From Candidatus Thorarchaeota archaeon (GTDB lineage Archaea; Asgardarchaeota; Thorarchaeia; Thorarchaeales; Thorarchaeaceae): DNA of 64,000 nucleotides. Of this stretch, positions 1 through 9,626 are shown piece by piece; the stretch's first letter is position 1; each line of letters starts with the position of its first letter. The stretch is from assembly GCA_046482545.1 (NCBI GenBank), contig JAWOEX010000010.1:1-64000 (forward strand). Reading direction: 5' to 3'. Below the pieces are notes generated by a model that ran no database searches, was not told where the DNA came from, and was given only the letters and a program-made list of their open reading frames with translations. Both the position numbers and the translations under genes were made by a program.

Positions 1-2
1 TC

Positions 3-245
3 GCAGAGGGGTCCATCAAAGGTGGCGGGTATGTCAAATACGTCAAAGATATCGGTGATGCAGTAGACGAATCAATCGAAGCCGTCAATGAAAACTACCA
101 AGCCGTGTTCTTCATGAATCCTACAAAGGTGGAAGAGGTTGAGGCGGTATCAAAGAACTTCGAATGTATGCCGCAGAAAAGCACGTTTTTCGCGCCAAAA
201 TGCTATTCTGGCTTTACTATTAATGTACTCGAATTGCCAGATTAA
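3..245 (+). CDS. DUF1015 family protein, C-terminal part (5' end outside the window)
   Basis: Manual translation from base 3 gives ...YQAVFFMNPTKVEEVEAVSKNFECMPQKSTFFAPKCYSG...LPD*. MPQKST(Y/F)FxPK is the typical DUF1015 C-terminal signature. Not in the ORF track. Confidence 0.8.
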   Translation, partial: AEGSIKGGGYVKYVKDIGDAVDESIEAVNENYQAVFFMNPTKVEEVEAVSKNFECMPQKSTFFAPKCYSGFTINVLELPD

Positions 246-494
246 CAATCTCGTCCACCACCTGGCCACATCCTGGGTTTGAGGATATGAACACAATGGA
301 ACTCCTCCAACCCGGATTAAGGGTGTACCTTGTCTAACTTCAGTCTGCACAAAGCTCAAGTTATGGAACTGTGGGTAGCAATCTGGGTATGCAATTATGG
401 GTCAATTGAAGTGGCATGATGAGGCACATCATCCAAATCAAATCAGAAAAATGGAAGGACAATGATACCAACGACAGATATCCCTATCGGTTGC

Positions 495-716
495 TTATGC
501 TGTCTTGATGACCAATGTCCTGATTCTTCTCAGGTGTTTGGAGATACGTTCTATACGTATCATCGATTTGGAAACTAGATTGTCGATTTCATCACTGATC
601 CCCTTGCTCTTACCAATAGCAATGATTTCATCCGATACGAAATGGTTGTAGCCCAAGGCTTCTTTGATTTTGTGTTTCAGTTCATCTCGTTGTTCATCTG
701 TCAGTTCTCCTGCCAT
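495..716 (-). CDS. Hypothetical small helical protein (73 aa)
   Basis: ORF with a GGAGGTGA ribosome-binding site upstream of the ATG at 716; last gene of a co-oriented minus-strand run. Confidence 0.6.
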   Translation of the reverse strand: MAGELTDEQRDELKHKIKEALGYNHFVSDEIIAIGKSKGISDEIDNLVSKSMIRIERISKHLRRIRTLVIKTA

Positions 717-746
717 ACCTTCACCTCCTACCAATCTCGTGTAATC

Positions 747-1106
747 TCATCTTCCAGCACCCACCCATGTTTCAGGCTTCAAGATGTGATAGTGGGATAT
801 CCTGTCCCTGGTGTATTGCTCGTGGTAGAACTTCTTCAATCCCGGCGAATGGTCAACCATCTCAACGTATACATCCACCCCGCGAAAGTTGAGCTCTTCA
901 ATGAGACCGTGAATCCCATCTAGGTCCTGCTTGTACGTATCAAGAGCGATGTAGCAGTAGAATCCCCAGTCCTGCTTGAGCCAGTCAGACACCCAGACCA
1001 GCACATATTCCCCTTCAGGCTTGCTGTTGGCTGGTTTCCAGAAGCCGTTATACTTGATACCGTTCTGCGTCTCAGTTACTGCCGTGTTAACTCTTCCATC
1101 AGTCAT
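747..1106 (-). CDS. Hypothetical protein with weak resemblance to phage DUF551-type proteins
   Basis: 119-aa ORF with pattern FWKP..SKPEGEYVLVW...ISHY; TTAAATA box about 25 bp upstream. Confidence 0.55.
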   Translation of the reverse strand: MTDGRVNTAVTETQNGIKYNGFWKPANSKPEGEYVLVWVSDWLKQDWGFYCYIALDTYKQDLDGIHGLIEELNFRGVDVYVEMVDHSPGLKKFYHEQYTRDRISHYHILKPETWVGAGR

Positions 1107-1125
1107 GTTCTCTAGTGCCGAGGCT

Positions 1126-1136
1126 GATATTTAAGC
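1126..1136 (-). promoter_or_regulatory. Putative archaeal TATA box (GCTTAAATATC)
   Basis: Lies 20-30 bp upstream of the ATG at 1106. The identical 11-mer occurs at 47630-47640 upstream of the Cdc6-like gene. Confidence 0.45.
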
Positions 1137-1214
1137 TCGTCGCTATTCAGCCGAATATTATCATAGATGGAACCATAGTTCCGATACCTTTCGGAAAATC
1201 GAACACCAGGGAAT

Positions 1215-1634
1215 TTACTGAGAGAAGTAGACGGTAACGAGTCCGGTACCTTCTATCCTGTCAACCACATCATCAGGAAGCAACGGATACACAAGCCCTG
1301 AGACCGGGTCGTAATTGGGGACACTCACAGATTCGGGTGTCTCGGTAAGTGATACCTCTGCACCACAGGAACACTCATCCACTTCATGAGGATCAATCTC
1401 GCTATTACAGAAGGGGCAGTGTAGCTTCTGTGTCGGCATCTCCTCAAAGAAGAGGATGTCGTCTTTGGTCAACAGACCAACAAAGGGAACAAAATCAGCG
1501 GCACCGTCCTGCACCTTTCGCACAAGAGCCGGGGGAATAGAACTCTTGAAGTAGTTCCTACCCTTGACCACACGATCCAGAATGATGCTGCGCTTGTGTA
1601 CCTTGCTCCCTTTTTTATCCCGAGGCATATTCAT
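1215..1634 (-). CDS. Zinc-ribbon protein with basic N-terminus
   Basis: CPFC...CSCG knuckle pair; basic N-terminus (RDKKGSKVHKR). Start placed at MNMPR. Confidence 0.6.
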   Translation of the reverse strand: MNMPRDKKGSKVHKRSIILDRVVKGRNYFKSSIPPALVRKVQDGAADFVPFVGLLTKDDILFFEEMPTQKLHCPFCNSEIDPHEVDECSCGAEVSLTETPESVSVPNYDPVSGLVYPLLPDDVVDRIEGTGLVTVYFSQ

Positions 1635-1650
1635 GGTCTCTCGTCTTTCC

Positions 1651-1869
1651 TTAACAAGGTGTCGAGTTGCGTAGACGTTTGCTGTAGGCCGGAAGAATAC
1701 TGTACAGCTTGACCCGGGTGACAGGTTCGATATCTCTGTCAACGCATTGGTCCAGAAACTCGTTGAAAGACTCTATCAGTTCGTCTATGGATAGCATTTC
1801 TTGAAGATGCCCTCTATAGAACCTGTCCAATAGGTCGACATACTCCTCAGTATCAGTCACAGCTATCAT
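1651..1869 (-). CDS. Hypothetical protein (72 aa)
   Basis: Overlaps the 3' end of the upstream gene and has a purine-rich RBS, consistent with operon packing. Confidence 0.5.
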   Translation of the reverse strand: MIAVTDTEEYVDLLDRFYRGHLQEMLSIDELIESFNEFLDQCVDRDIEPVTRVKLYSILPAYSKRLRNSTPC

Positions 1870-2089
1870 CTCCCTCATCGTCCTCACAGAGGCATATGGT
1901 CTCCCCGGTCATGTCAACTGCATACCAGAGACAGTGAGCGCAGACCTTCCCATCCGTTTCTATGTCTTCAAGATACTGCTCGGCCACTTCAGGGAAGTCT
2001 ATCAGAAACTGCTCGTCGCGTTCCCAGTGGGGGCAGGTTCCATCATCCTCAATGTACTTGGGGCCATAGGTCTGTCTTGCTTGTGTCAT
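1853..2089 (-). CDS. Small acidic Cys-rich protein, possibly metal binding
   Basis: CPHW...CAHC...CLC motifs; GGAGAGGG RBS upstream. Confidence 0.6.
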   Translation of the reverse strand: MTQARQTYGPKYIEDDGTCPHWERDEQFLIDFPEVAEQYLEDIETDGKVCAHCLWYAVDMTGETICLCEDDEGDDSCD

Positions 2090-2101
2090 ATCATCCCTCT
2101 C

Positions 2102-2431
2102 CTAGGAGCTCCTTGCAAACAACTCACCATAATAACCATCAACGGTCAGCCGGAGTTCCACCCGTGGGCAGGCTGTATCAGCAACAACCTGCTCGATACC
2201 GTTCAGAACATAGTCAGCCAGACCGTAGCAGTTCAGCACTTCGGATGTGTTGATGCTCGGGGCAAACCTGAACCAGAGATATGTCACTCCCCGTTCTGAT
2301 TCGAAACTGATCTTGTGTGGCTCTAGATACTGAAGGTCTGTGTACTTCCGTACCATCGCCGTGTACACCCTGAGGATCAATCGCTCGATTCTGGAACGGT
2401 CTTGGACAACTGTCTGAGTCTTCGAAACCAA
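2102..2431 (-). CDS. Hypothetical protein (about 109 aa)
   Basis: TTG start 1 nt after the stop of the 1435-aa gene, consistent with translational coupling. Confidence 0.55.
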   Translation of the reverse strand: MVSKTQTVVQDRSRIERLILRVYTAMVRKYTDLQYLEPHKISFESERGVTYLWFRFAPSINTSEVLNCYGLADYVLNGIEQVVADTACPRVELRLTVDGYYGELFARSS

Positions 2432-2432
2432 G

Positions 2433-5400
2433 TTACCAGTCCTCCAACTCATCGAACACAAGCACAAGGAAATCCCCATGTTCGATAGCCCCTTCATTCA
2501 GCTTGCTCTTCAGTATCTCAGTAACTCGTCTGACTGCATCAGCCTCGCCATCAAGCTTTGAAGCAAAGACCTCCAAGACCTCAGCGTTCACCCGTACAAG
2601 CTGAGCCTGAACAGGCACTTCGAGAACACACTGCTCCTGCAGGTAATCGAAGGCCTCTTTGACTTGTTTGTTCCGTACAGGGACCCTGTTTACGCCCCTG
2701 TAGTATCCATCAAGCGCGTCAACACTTCCCGCCATAATGAGATTACCCCCAGCTAGTCCCCTTCCGTAGTATCTATCAACAGCTTGCACATATACTTGAC
2801 TTTCCTCTATAACATCCCAAGTATCCAATACTCCATCCCCAAGTGGTCCTGATTCCGCACCAACCTTTTCTTCACCTACTACCCATGACCTGACTCGTAA
2901 GGTATAATCAGGAGGAGATTGTATTAGAATCTGGGTCCATTCGTAATTTGACCCCGTTTCTCTTCTCTCCCCACCATATAGTGAGTGAAACACATTGCCA
3001 TATGGTTCAGGAGCCCATTTTTTCACATTGTCTATCACTTCCCCCCACATCGGTGGAGTGAATTGATCGCCGTCCACTCTTATTCCTCCAAGAACAGGAA
3101 TCACTCGCTCTATTAACAAATCATCATAGGTTATACTTGGGTTTCGGAGTTTCGCATGTGCCAAAGAATTGACAGTATCAGCATTGATTCTACTTAATTC
3201 GATGCCTTTTCTGAAATCTTCGCCGACTCTCCTATCTGCGCCCCTCTTAAATCGGTCAATTGAAATAGTTCTTACTAATCTGTCTGCTACCATTGCGTTA
3301 ATTACCTTTCTGGCTTCTTCATACCGACCGTTTTGGGTTAGGTAGTTATACAAGGTCATCATATAGGAATTGGTATCTTTTCTTGCATTTGAAGGATTCT
3401 CGCCCAGAAAGTTCACTGTAGTCCCACCCTCCTCGTTCTTTGTGTATATACGCCCATCAATATCCGGTGCTATTGTCTGCGTGGCAACCATTTCACTAAG
3501 TGTTAGCTCCTCCAACGCAATATCAAGTTCTACATCTCCGTGAGATTGAAATGCCCCAAAACCATGTGCTTCAATCTCTTCAAGCCCAACAGGAAGGTTA
3601 TCGACTTTTCCACTAATATATGCACTAACTCTGTTCAAGATATATTCATTATTGGGTTCCAACAAGCCTTCGGAACCCATCTCCATTAGCTTGTTGTCTA
3701 GTATACTCCGTTCCAATTCAGCATTATCTATTCTGGTCTTAATACTACTGTAATCGTTACCAACCAATGCGTTTAAATCGATTCCACTCTTAGTTTTCCC
3801 CAGCTTGAATATCCTTGGCGCTACATTTTCACCAGCTACTATTGCCCAGTGATGCGGCATTATGTACCCTTTCTCCTTACCTTCAGCAAGGATTGCCTCT
3901 GAGGTAATCTCATCTCTGTTGTAATCTTTTGTTACAATTTGGGTATCTTTTCCCCCTTCAGGGAACATGGAATACTCACCATCGCGATAGAATCTGATTC
4001 CGATTTTTGGAAGGCCATCTTTGAGGCTATAAAACCACGCAAACCCATTCTCTCTAATTTCTTTTTTCTCCATATCATTTGCGATTTTTCTAGTGTATTT
4101 CAGTATGGGATTTACGGCACCTTTCAGAAAATGTGCCTCCCACTCATGCTGCTTTTCTTTCGATTTTGCTATACCTAAATTTCTGACAGTATTCCATAAG
4201 ACTCGTAAGAAAGACATATCTCCAAAACTAAAACACGCCACGTGATCCAATCTGATCTTTGATTTCTCAAGGACTGAAGCAGCAGCCCACATCCACGCAT
4301 GAGTATATCCAATCCTACCAAGAGACATTTTGTGTGTTATTTGTTCTCCTATGAATTGATAGATATTGATTAAGCCCCCCATACTCCACTTTCTTGCAAG
4401 TGTATCACCCTTGGGGAAGGCATTTGAGAGTATGTCCATGCCCCAACTATCGTCTATCTCCTCTGAAACACCTTTTTCATCAATCAACTGTATCTTCAAA
4501 TTAGCATCATTGGAGCAGATTTGTGATGCTTGCATTCTTGCATTGATGCGTAAGCCCAGACGTACGAGATTATCTCTGTCATCTTGATCATATTTGAAAA
4601 CTCTATGAATTCTATTCGCTTCGTTGACTAATTTGTCAACCTCTTTTTGCGGATACATTACATATACAGTAACACCACTATCTCCCGTTACTTCTGTTTC
4701 CTCATCTACGGCTTGTGCCAGCATTATCAAACCATCCACATTTGCAGTCGATACGCGTTCCATGTTATTTTCCAGATTCCCAACGTACACAGGCTCTTGG
4801 TTTTCTAGAACGGTACTTGAAACTCTGTCAAGAACTGCCAATATATCTTTAATATTCGCATTATCCCACCCATCCAAGAACTCCTGAAAACTCCGTACGG
4901 CATCTGCAGACATTGATATTTTGGTAGTTCCCTCTTCGAAAGTAATTGTGTCGGAATTTGATGTGTCAATCTCTATCAGTTTCAGTACTTGATGAGTATT
5001 GTAGCCCGTGTTATCATCCTTGATGAATAAATTCCGTAATTGAGAAGCCACTTTTCTAAGGTTAGGATATACTTTGAGCCCTAGTTCGACTTCAGCTTTT
5101 ACCGCATCTACCGACTTCACTTGTGCAGGAATGTATTCTCCGTTAGTTAATGCTGTACCTTCCTGTTCTGATTTATCTTCTTCTTCGGCCTCCGCCTGCC
5201 CCGAATAATCTAGGTCAAGCCACAGTGTTCCGATAGAATGCATACTTCTCCCTAACATTTGATCCAATGATGGTTGTTGATCATTGGAGAATGAATCAGA
5301 CACGAACGTGGATACATCCCGGAGAACTTGATCTACACTGAAACCTGTTTGGACCCCGAACAGGACGATGAAGCAGATTGAAAGAAGAATTGTAAAGTTC

Positions 5401-6740
5401 TTCTCACCCAGCACTCCAGAAGCCACCACACTGCCGATGAGTGAACACATCAGAATAAGAAACGGGAGTAGTGAGGAATTTTTGTCTGTCGATGTTTGCT
5501 TCTCCAACAATGCTTTGGGGACGTAAACGATATCATCATAGTCCATAGCCCATTCGTCTATACCCGTTGTGGGGGTATCAGATTCACCATCATCACTGGC
5601 AAGGACTGTTGCGTGTGAATCTTCAAACACAGGATAGAATACTACATTCTTATCGTTGATAGCTCTGTCAAGAAGTTCTTGAATAGTTCGAAGACAATGG
5701 AGATCCGTGAGTGAGGTTGTCCTATCCTCAAAACCATCCCGAAGGTTTGATCTTGTTCGTATCAGATAGTCATGAGTCTGTACTGCTCTGTATGCACCTG
5801 TCCCATCACTGAAGGGTTGATCCAACAATCCTGTCTTGTTGAGTATGTCATATACTCTTGCTGTCCGGCGGAGATCCTTCTCACCGTTCTTGTTCTTGAT
5901 GATAGCACTTTCCTGAGCCATACCTTCAAGGATAGCATCAACGAATGCCTCTGAATCCACCAAGAGAGGGACGATAGTTCTCGCATAATCCTCGTCACTG
6001 AGCATCATACTGAACGAGTCGATGATTTTGAACTGCCTATCCTGAGGTTCCTCTGTGAATCCACCGTAGATACTTCCTTCAAAGTGTTCATCCCCCCAGC
6101 GCAGGTAGGTCTCGTCTTCAGGGAAGTCAGCCCTGTTTGCATCAGGACCGATAATCCGGTCTAAATCTAACTTCTTGATACCCAGAATCTCAACATTGTC
6201 TATAATGGCGGCTGTCCTGAGCGCCCAGTACTTCTGGTCGAAATCACCTTCGGTCAGCCAGAGATCCATCGTAAGGGATTCACGAAAACTTGACCATAAG
6301 TAACGCTCAACCATTGGGATATCGACTTCATCTAGCCTTCCAATAACCTGCAGTGTTTCAAGAATGAGTGCAGTTGTCCTGAAGTCCGGACCATCCTTAG
6401 ACACGTTGCCCTGCACAAAACCCCCACGATAGGGAGATTGCATAGACTTGTATCTTGTTACAACATTGTCTACCATATGCCATAGACCGTAAGGCCACTT
6501 TTCCTCGGTTTCCATGAGGAGGCTGACAGCATCAAGAGTCGATTGCAGGTCGGATATACCGCCATGTCGATCCGCAAAGCCGACACCATCATAACACTCC
6601 ATGATGTACTCTGGTGTTGAGATTGTGTCTTCATCGTTAGCAGAACCAGCAGCTGTTACAACATGAAGCGATATGAAGAACAGTGTCAACACGAGCGTGA
6701 TGGACAAGAATTTGGTCACTCGTTTGGCATGGAACCTCAT
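2433..6740 (-). CDS. Large membrane protein: signal peptide, prenyltransferase/squalene-cyclase-like repeats, 2 TM helices, about 950-aa unknown C-terminal region
   Basis: 1435-aa ORF with a hydrophobic N-terminus. Repeats GVGFADRHGGISDLQSTLDAVSLL, GGFVQG..GPDFRTTALILETL and FDQKYWALRT. Hydrophobic pair near aa 425-470. Confidence 0.75.
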   Translation of the reverse strand: MRFHAKRVTKFLSITLVLTLFFISLHVVTAAGSANDEDTISTPEYIMECYDGVGFADRHGGISDLQSTLDAVSLLMETEEKWPYGLWHMVDNVVTRYKSMQSPYRGGFVQGNVSKDGPDFRTTALILETLQVIGRLDEVDIPMVERYLWSSFRESLTMDLWLTEGDFDQKYWALRTAAIIDNVEILGIKKLDLDRIIGPDANRADFPEDETYLRWGDEHFEGSIYGGFTEEPQDRQFKIIDSFSMMLSDEDYARTIVPLLVDSEAFVDAILEGMAQESAIIKNKNGEKDLRRTARVYDILNKTGLLDQPFSDGTGAYRAVQTHDYLIRTRSNLRDGFEDRTTSLTDLHCLRTIQELLDRAINDKNVVFYPVFEDSHATVLASDDGESDTPTTGIDEWAMDYDDIVYVPKALLEKQTSTDKNSSLLPFLILMCSLIGSVVASGVLGEKNFTILLSICFIVLFGVQTGFSVDQVLRDVSTFVSDSFSNDQQPSLDQMLGRSMHSIGTLWLDLDYSGQAEAEEEDKSEQEGTALTNGEYIPAQVKSVDAVKAEVELGLKVYPNLRKVASQLRNLFIKDDNTGYNTHQVLKLIEIDTSNSDTITFEEGTTKISMSADAVRSFQEFLDGWDNANIKDILAVLDRVSSTVLENQEPVYVGNLENNMERVSTANVDGLIMLAQAVDEETEVTGDSGVTVYVMYPQKEVDKLVNEANRIHRVFKYDQDDRDNLVRLGLRINARMQASQICSNDANLKIQLIDEKGVSEEIDDSWGMDILSNAFPKGDTLARKWSMGGLINIYQFIGEQITHKMSLGRIGYTHAWMWAAASVLEKSKIRLDHVACFSFGDMSFLRVLWNTVRNLGIAKSKEKQHEWEAHFLKGAVNPILKYTRKIANDMEKKEIRENGFAWFYSLKDGLPKIGIRFYRDGEYSMFPEGGKDTQIVTKDYNRDEITSEAILAEGKEKGYIMPHHWAIVAGENVAPRIFKLGKTKSGIDLNALVGNDYSSIKTRIDNAELERSILDNKLMEMGSEGLLEPNNEYILNRVSAYISGKVDNLPVGLEEIEAHGFGAFQSHGDVELDIALEELTLSEMVATQTIAPDIDGRIYTKNEEGGTTVNFLGENPSNARKDTNSYMMTLYNYLTQNGRYEEARKVINAMVADRLVRTISIDRFKRGADRRVGEDFRKGIELSRINADTVNSLAHAKLRNPSITYDDLLIERVIPVLGGIRVDGDQFTPPMWGEVIDNVKKWAPEPYGNVFHSLYGGERRETGSNYEWTQILIQSPPDYTLRVRSWVVGEEKVGAESGPLGDGVLDTWDVIEESQVYVQAVDRYYGRGLAGGNLIMAGSVDALDGYYRGVNRVPVRNKQVKEAFDYLQEQCVLEVPVQAQLVRVNAEVLEVFASKLDGEADAVRRVTEILKSKLNEGAIEHGDFLVLVFDELEDW

Positions 6741-6841
6741 TCGGTGCCCCCTCCCGAGTACATGCCCTGTGCTGGTGCCGGTATCATTCCAGTGATGACA
6801 GCTGTCATCACGACTTCTCTTAGGTGGATTCGTCTAGTCAT
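6737..6841 (-). CDS. Putative 34-aa peptide, first gene of the operon
   Basis: Manual translation MTRRIHLREVVMTAVITGMIPAPAQGMYSGGGTE*. Its TGA overlaps the ATG of the 1435-aa gene (ATGA). Confidence 0.4.
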   Translation of the reverse strand: MTRRIHLREVVMTAVITGMIPAPAQGMYSGGGTE

Positions 6842-7082
6842 GTTTATTCCTCGGACAGAATTCAGATGGAGAATAAGTGCACACGGCCCGAGGACTGCAC
6901 ATACAACTTGGTTCAGAACAAGTGTGGCTCGTTACATACCGCATTACTTACGCTCCAATGCAGATACACTATACAAGCCGCGATACTGGACAAGGAACCT
7001 ACTAATAAATGTAGCTCGCGATTTTTCGACAGGTATCGGAACCATGGTTCTTGTTGCGGGAAAAAATCCCGTTACAGATGGC

Positions 7083-8534
7083 TCATATTGATCTTGATGC
7101 TAATTCCCTTGCCTGAAACCAGATATATTCCTTCATTGTTTTGGACATTTCAATGTCGGGTTCGGTTGGTTTTCCATCCTTGGAAACTGCAAAATTTAAT
7201 CCAACTTCCTCGAATAGGCGCAAGATATCATTGAGTTTTGAGGGGTTACATTGCAGGCCCAAATTACTTGTAGATAGTATTTTGTAACCATATGCCGTTA
7301 TCCACAGAGGTTTCAGATTGGCTTTCTCATCAATATTAATAGTAACCTGTTCAATTTCAGCGCTTCGAGCCTTCAAAATACAAGGAATTCTATCAGCCAA
7401 AGCTGTTCCTGCAACCTTATCGATGTCCAGACCAATTGTTGTTTTCCCTGCTTCAATCTGTGCAAGAAATGCATTAAGGACTTTCTCCTTAATGGCTTCA
7501 ACACTTGTCTCCTCAAGTATTGACACAAATTGCGAAACAGTAAGGTCTAAGAAACCCAAATATTCAAAGCCCAACCTTTGCACTAGACATTGTATTAGGT
7601 GGACATATTTCCATGAAACCCCTTCATATAACCAAAGCTTTTTTTCTATCGCACGAATCAAATCGAGATTTCTAACCATTAACGGCACATTATATGCTCG
7701 TATTTGCGAATAAACGCTAGAGAGTAACCGTCTTATGGTTGATTCATTGAATATAGTGACTCCAATTCTATCCATATTGTTCTCGCTAGTATCCAAGGTG
7801 TGGAGTTCCCTGCAATTCATAAGCGGCGTTATGTCCACTCTCTTCAAGTTATTATTATGCAACAACAATTCTCTTAGATTTCTGCAGTTCAATAATGGCG
7901 CTAGATTAATACTCGTAAGTTGGTTTCCATTAAGATTTAGGTGTCGAATTCTCCCCAATTTTTCCAACGCATTCAAATCTATGCTTTTGAGGTTTGTATT
8001 ACTGATATCAAGTCGGCTCAGATACATGCAATCTCTTAAAGGTTCAATATCAATATCTACGAATGTGTTCTCTCCCAATACAAGCGCCTCCAGTTCTCTG
8101 CATTTACTTAATGGCTCAAGGTCAATGGAGCCCAATTGATTCGAATGGAGAGACAGAATTTTCAAATTGGGACAGTTAACTAGTGGGTCAAGTTTTAGAT
8201 TCTTAAGACAATTTGAAGCCAAGATAACACTGCGAAGTTTTGTGCATTTTGACAATGGTGCCAAATCTAGATACTGTATATTATTGGCATCAAGATTGAT
8301 TTCTTCCAGATTCGGACAATTCGCTAGAGGGGCAAGATTTACCGTCTCAAGGTTGTTCCACTCTAATCTAAGAGTCTTTAAATTGTTGCATTCTTTAATC
8401 TGTTCCAAATCTATTGAAGTTATCTTATTACTGGATGAAAACCCACTACGCAGACAAATACTCTCAGTTCTCGTATCATATGACTTCAGACATTCTTCAC
8501 CATTCATACGATATTGGATACTCGCAGTAGACAT
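7083..8534 (-). CDS. Leucine-rich repeat protein (22-aa LRRs) with unknown C-terminal domain
   Basis: About 10 repeats of LxxLxLxxNxLxxIDLxPLxxCxx; AT-rich gene. Confidence 0.9.
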   Translation of the reverse strand: MSTASIQYRMNGEECLKSYDTRTESICLRSGFSSSNKITSIDLEQIKECNNLKTLRLEWNNLETVNLAPLANCPNLEEINLDANNIQYLDLAPLSKCTKLRSVILASNCLKNLKLDPLVNCPNLKILSLHSNQLGSIDLEPLSKCRELEALVLGENTFVDIDIEPLRDCMYLSRLDISNTNLKSIDLNALEKLGRIRHLNLNGNQLTSINLAPLLNCRNLRELLLHNNNLKRVDITPLMNCRELHTLDTSENNMDRIGVTIFNESTIRRLLSSVYSQIRAYNVPLMVRNLDLIRAIEKKLWLYEGVSWKYVHLIQCLVQRLGFEYLGFLDLTVSQFVSILEETSVEAIKEKVLNAFLAQIEAGKTTIGLDIDKVAGTALADRIPCILKARSAEIEQVTINIDEKANLKPLWITAYGYKILSTSNLGLQCNPSKLNDILRLFEEVGLNFAVSKDGKPTEPDIEMSKTMKEYIWFQARELASRSI

Positions 8535-8670
8535 ATTGAAGAATCCTTCAATCTATATGACTAAAGGATTTTCGGTCAATAACCACACCGGGTTTACGAT
8601 AAATGTGCTCAAGCAGCCAGAAGAATAGAATGAATGGTAGACGGGCTGGGGAACCAGCTCAGCCTGCCAC

Positions 8671-9366
8671 TTAGGTTCCTGATCGTTTAATATCAAGGAG
8701 AAGCAATGCGGCTGAGAATGCGCCGATTGCTGGGAGCAGGATTTGTACGATAGAGACATAGATTGGGGGAGATGCCTCCGTGATCTGGATGACCTCTATG
8801 TGAACGAAATAGTTGATGGTATAGTCAGCAGAACCCTCAACGCGAAACTTGAACACATTTCCAACGATTATGTTGGATATGCCAAAGCTATCAATAGTGG
8901 ATTCGCTAAGAGTCAATTCTAGAGGTTTGGTTGATGAGACTGTGGCTTCGGTGTCCAAGAACATGAAGCCGTCAGGTACTTGTTTCGTAATGCAGTTATT
9001 CTCGCAGTATAAGTTCAGTTCTTCTGAAAATGAGATATTCAATGGCTGGTCATCGTCATACAGCACTTCGCGATACAAAACGGACTTAACACGAATAGAT
9101 TCGACGTCTGTGCCAATTGTTATGTTGCTAGTTGCCACGGACAGATTGAAATCGCCCATGCCCAGAACATAGATATCATCGTAGGTCGTTGAGAGGTTGC
9201 CGTTTGAATCTCGGATTGCTACTGTCTCATAGGCGATTGTGTCCATAGAAGTTCCAAATTGCATTTCCGAAAGAGGAAAGAAGACCGTCATCACACCTAT
9301 GCCGATAAGCGCACTCAAACTGATAACCGCTAAGATACGAATACGTTTTTTCACGAAGACTACCAC
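8671..9366 (-). CDS. Hypothetical membrane-anchored protein (N- and C-terminal TM helices)
   Basis: Hydrophobic helices at both ends with a beta-rich middle region. Confidence 0.7.
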   Translation of the reverse strand: MVVFVKKRIRILAVISLSALIGIGVMTVFFPLSEMQFGTSMDTIAYETVAIRDSNGNLSTTYDDIYVLGMGDFNLSVATSNITIGTDVESIRVKSVLYREVLYDDDQPLNISFSEELNLYCENNCITKQVPDGFMFLDTEATVSSTKPLELTLSESTIDSFGISNIIVGNVFKFRVEGSADYTINYFVHIEVIQITEASPPIYVSIVQILLPAIGAFSAALLLLDIKRSGT

Positions 9367-9626
9367 ATTCGATCCGAAGGGGGGTGATTAATAAATCTCA
9401 GGCTGTTGAGTTCTAGTTTGCTTATTGTGTTGTTAGTGCAACGAGAAATTTCACCGTTTTGACAAAGCCAAGCAGATCCCCGAAGGTTTTTGTCAAATCC
9501 CAAGCATATCGAACAGCTTATTACCGGGTGCGAACAGCAGCATAACATCAACCTTCGAAGTGTAGGTGGTTTGATAGCTGAACCTCCGGAGAGTTGGAAA
9601 TAGCAACAAATGGTTGTGTTACAAAT

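Noticed and set aside
246-9366. Intact provirus or transposon
   Set aside because: No integrase, transposase, capsid, terminase, tRNA target or terminal repeats were recognised.
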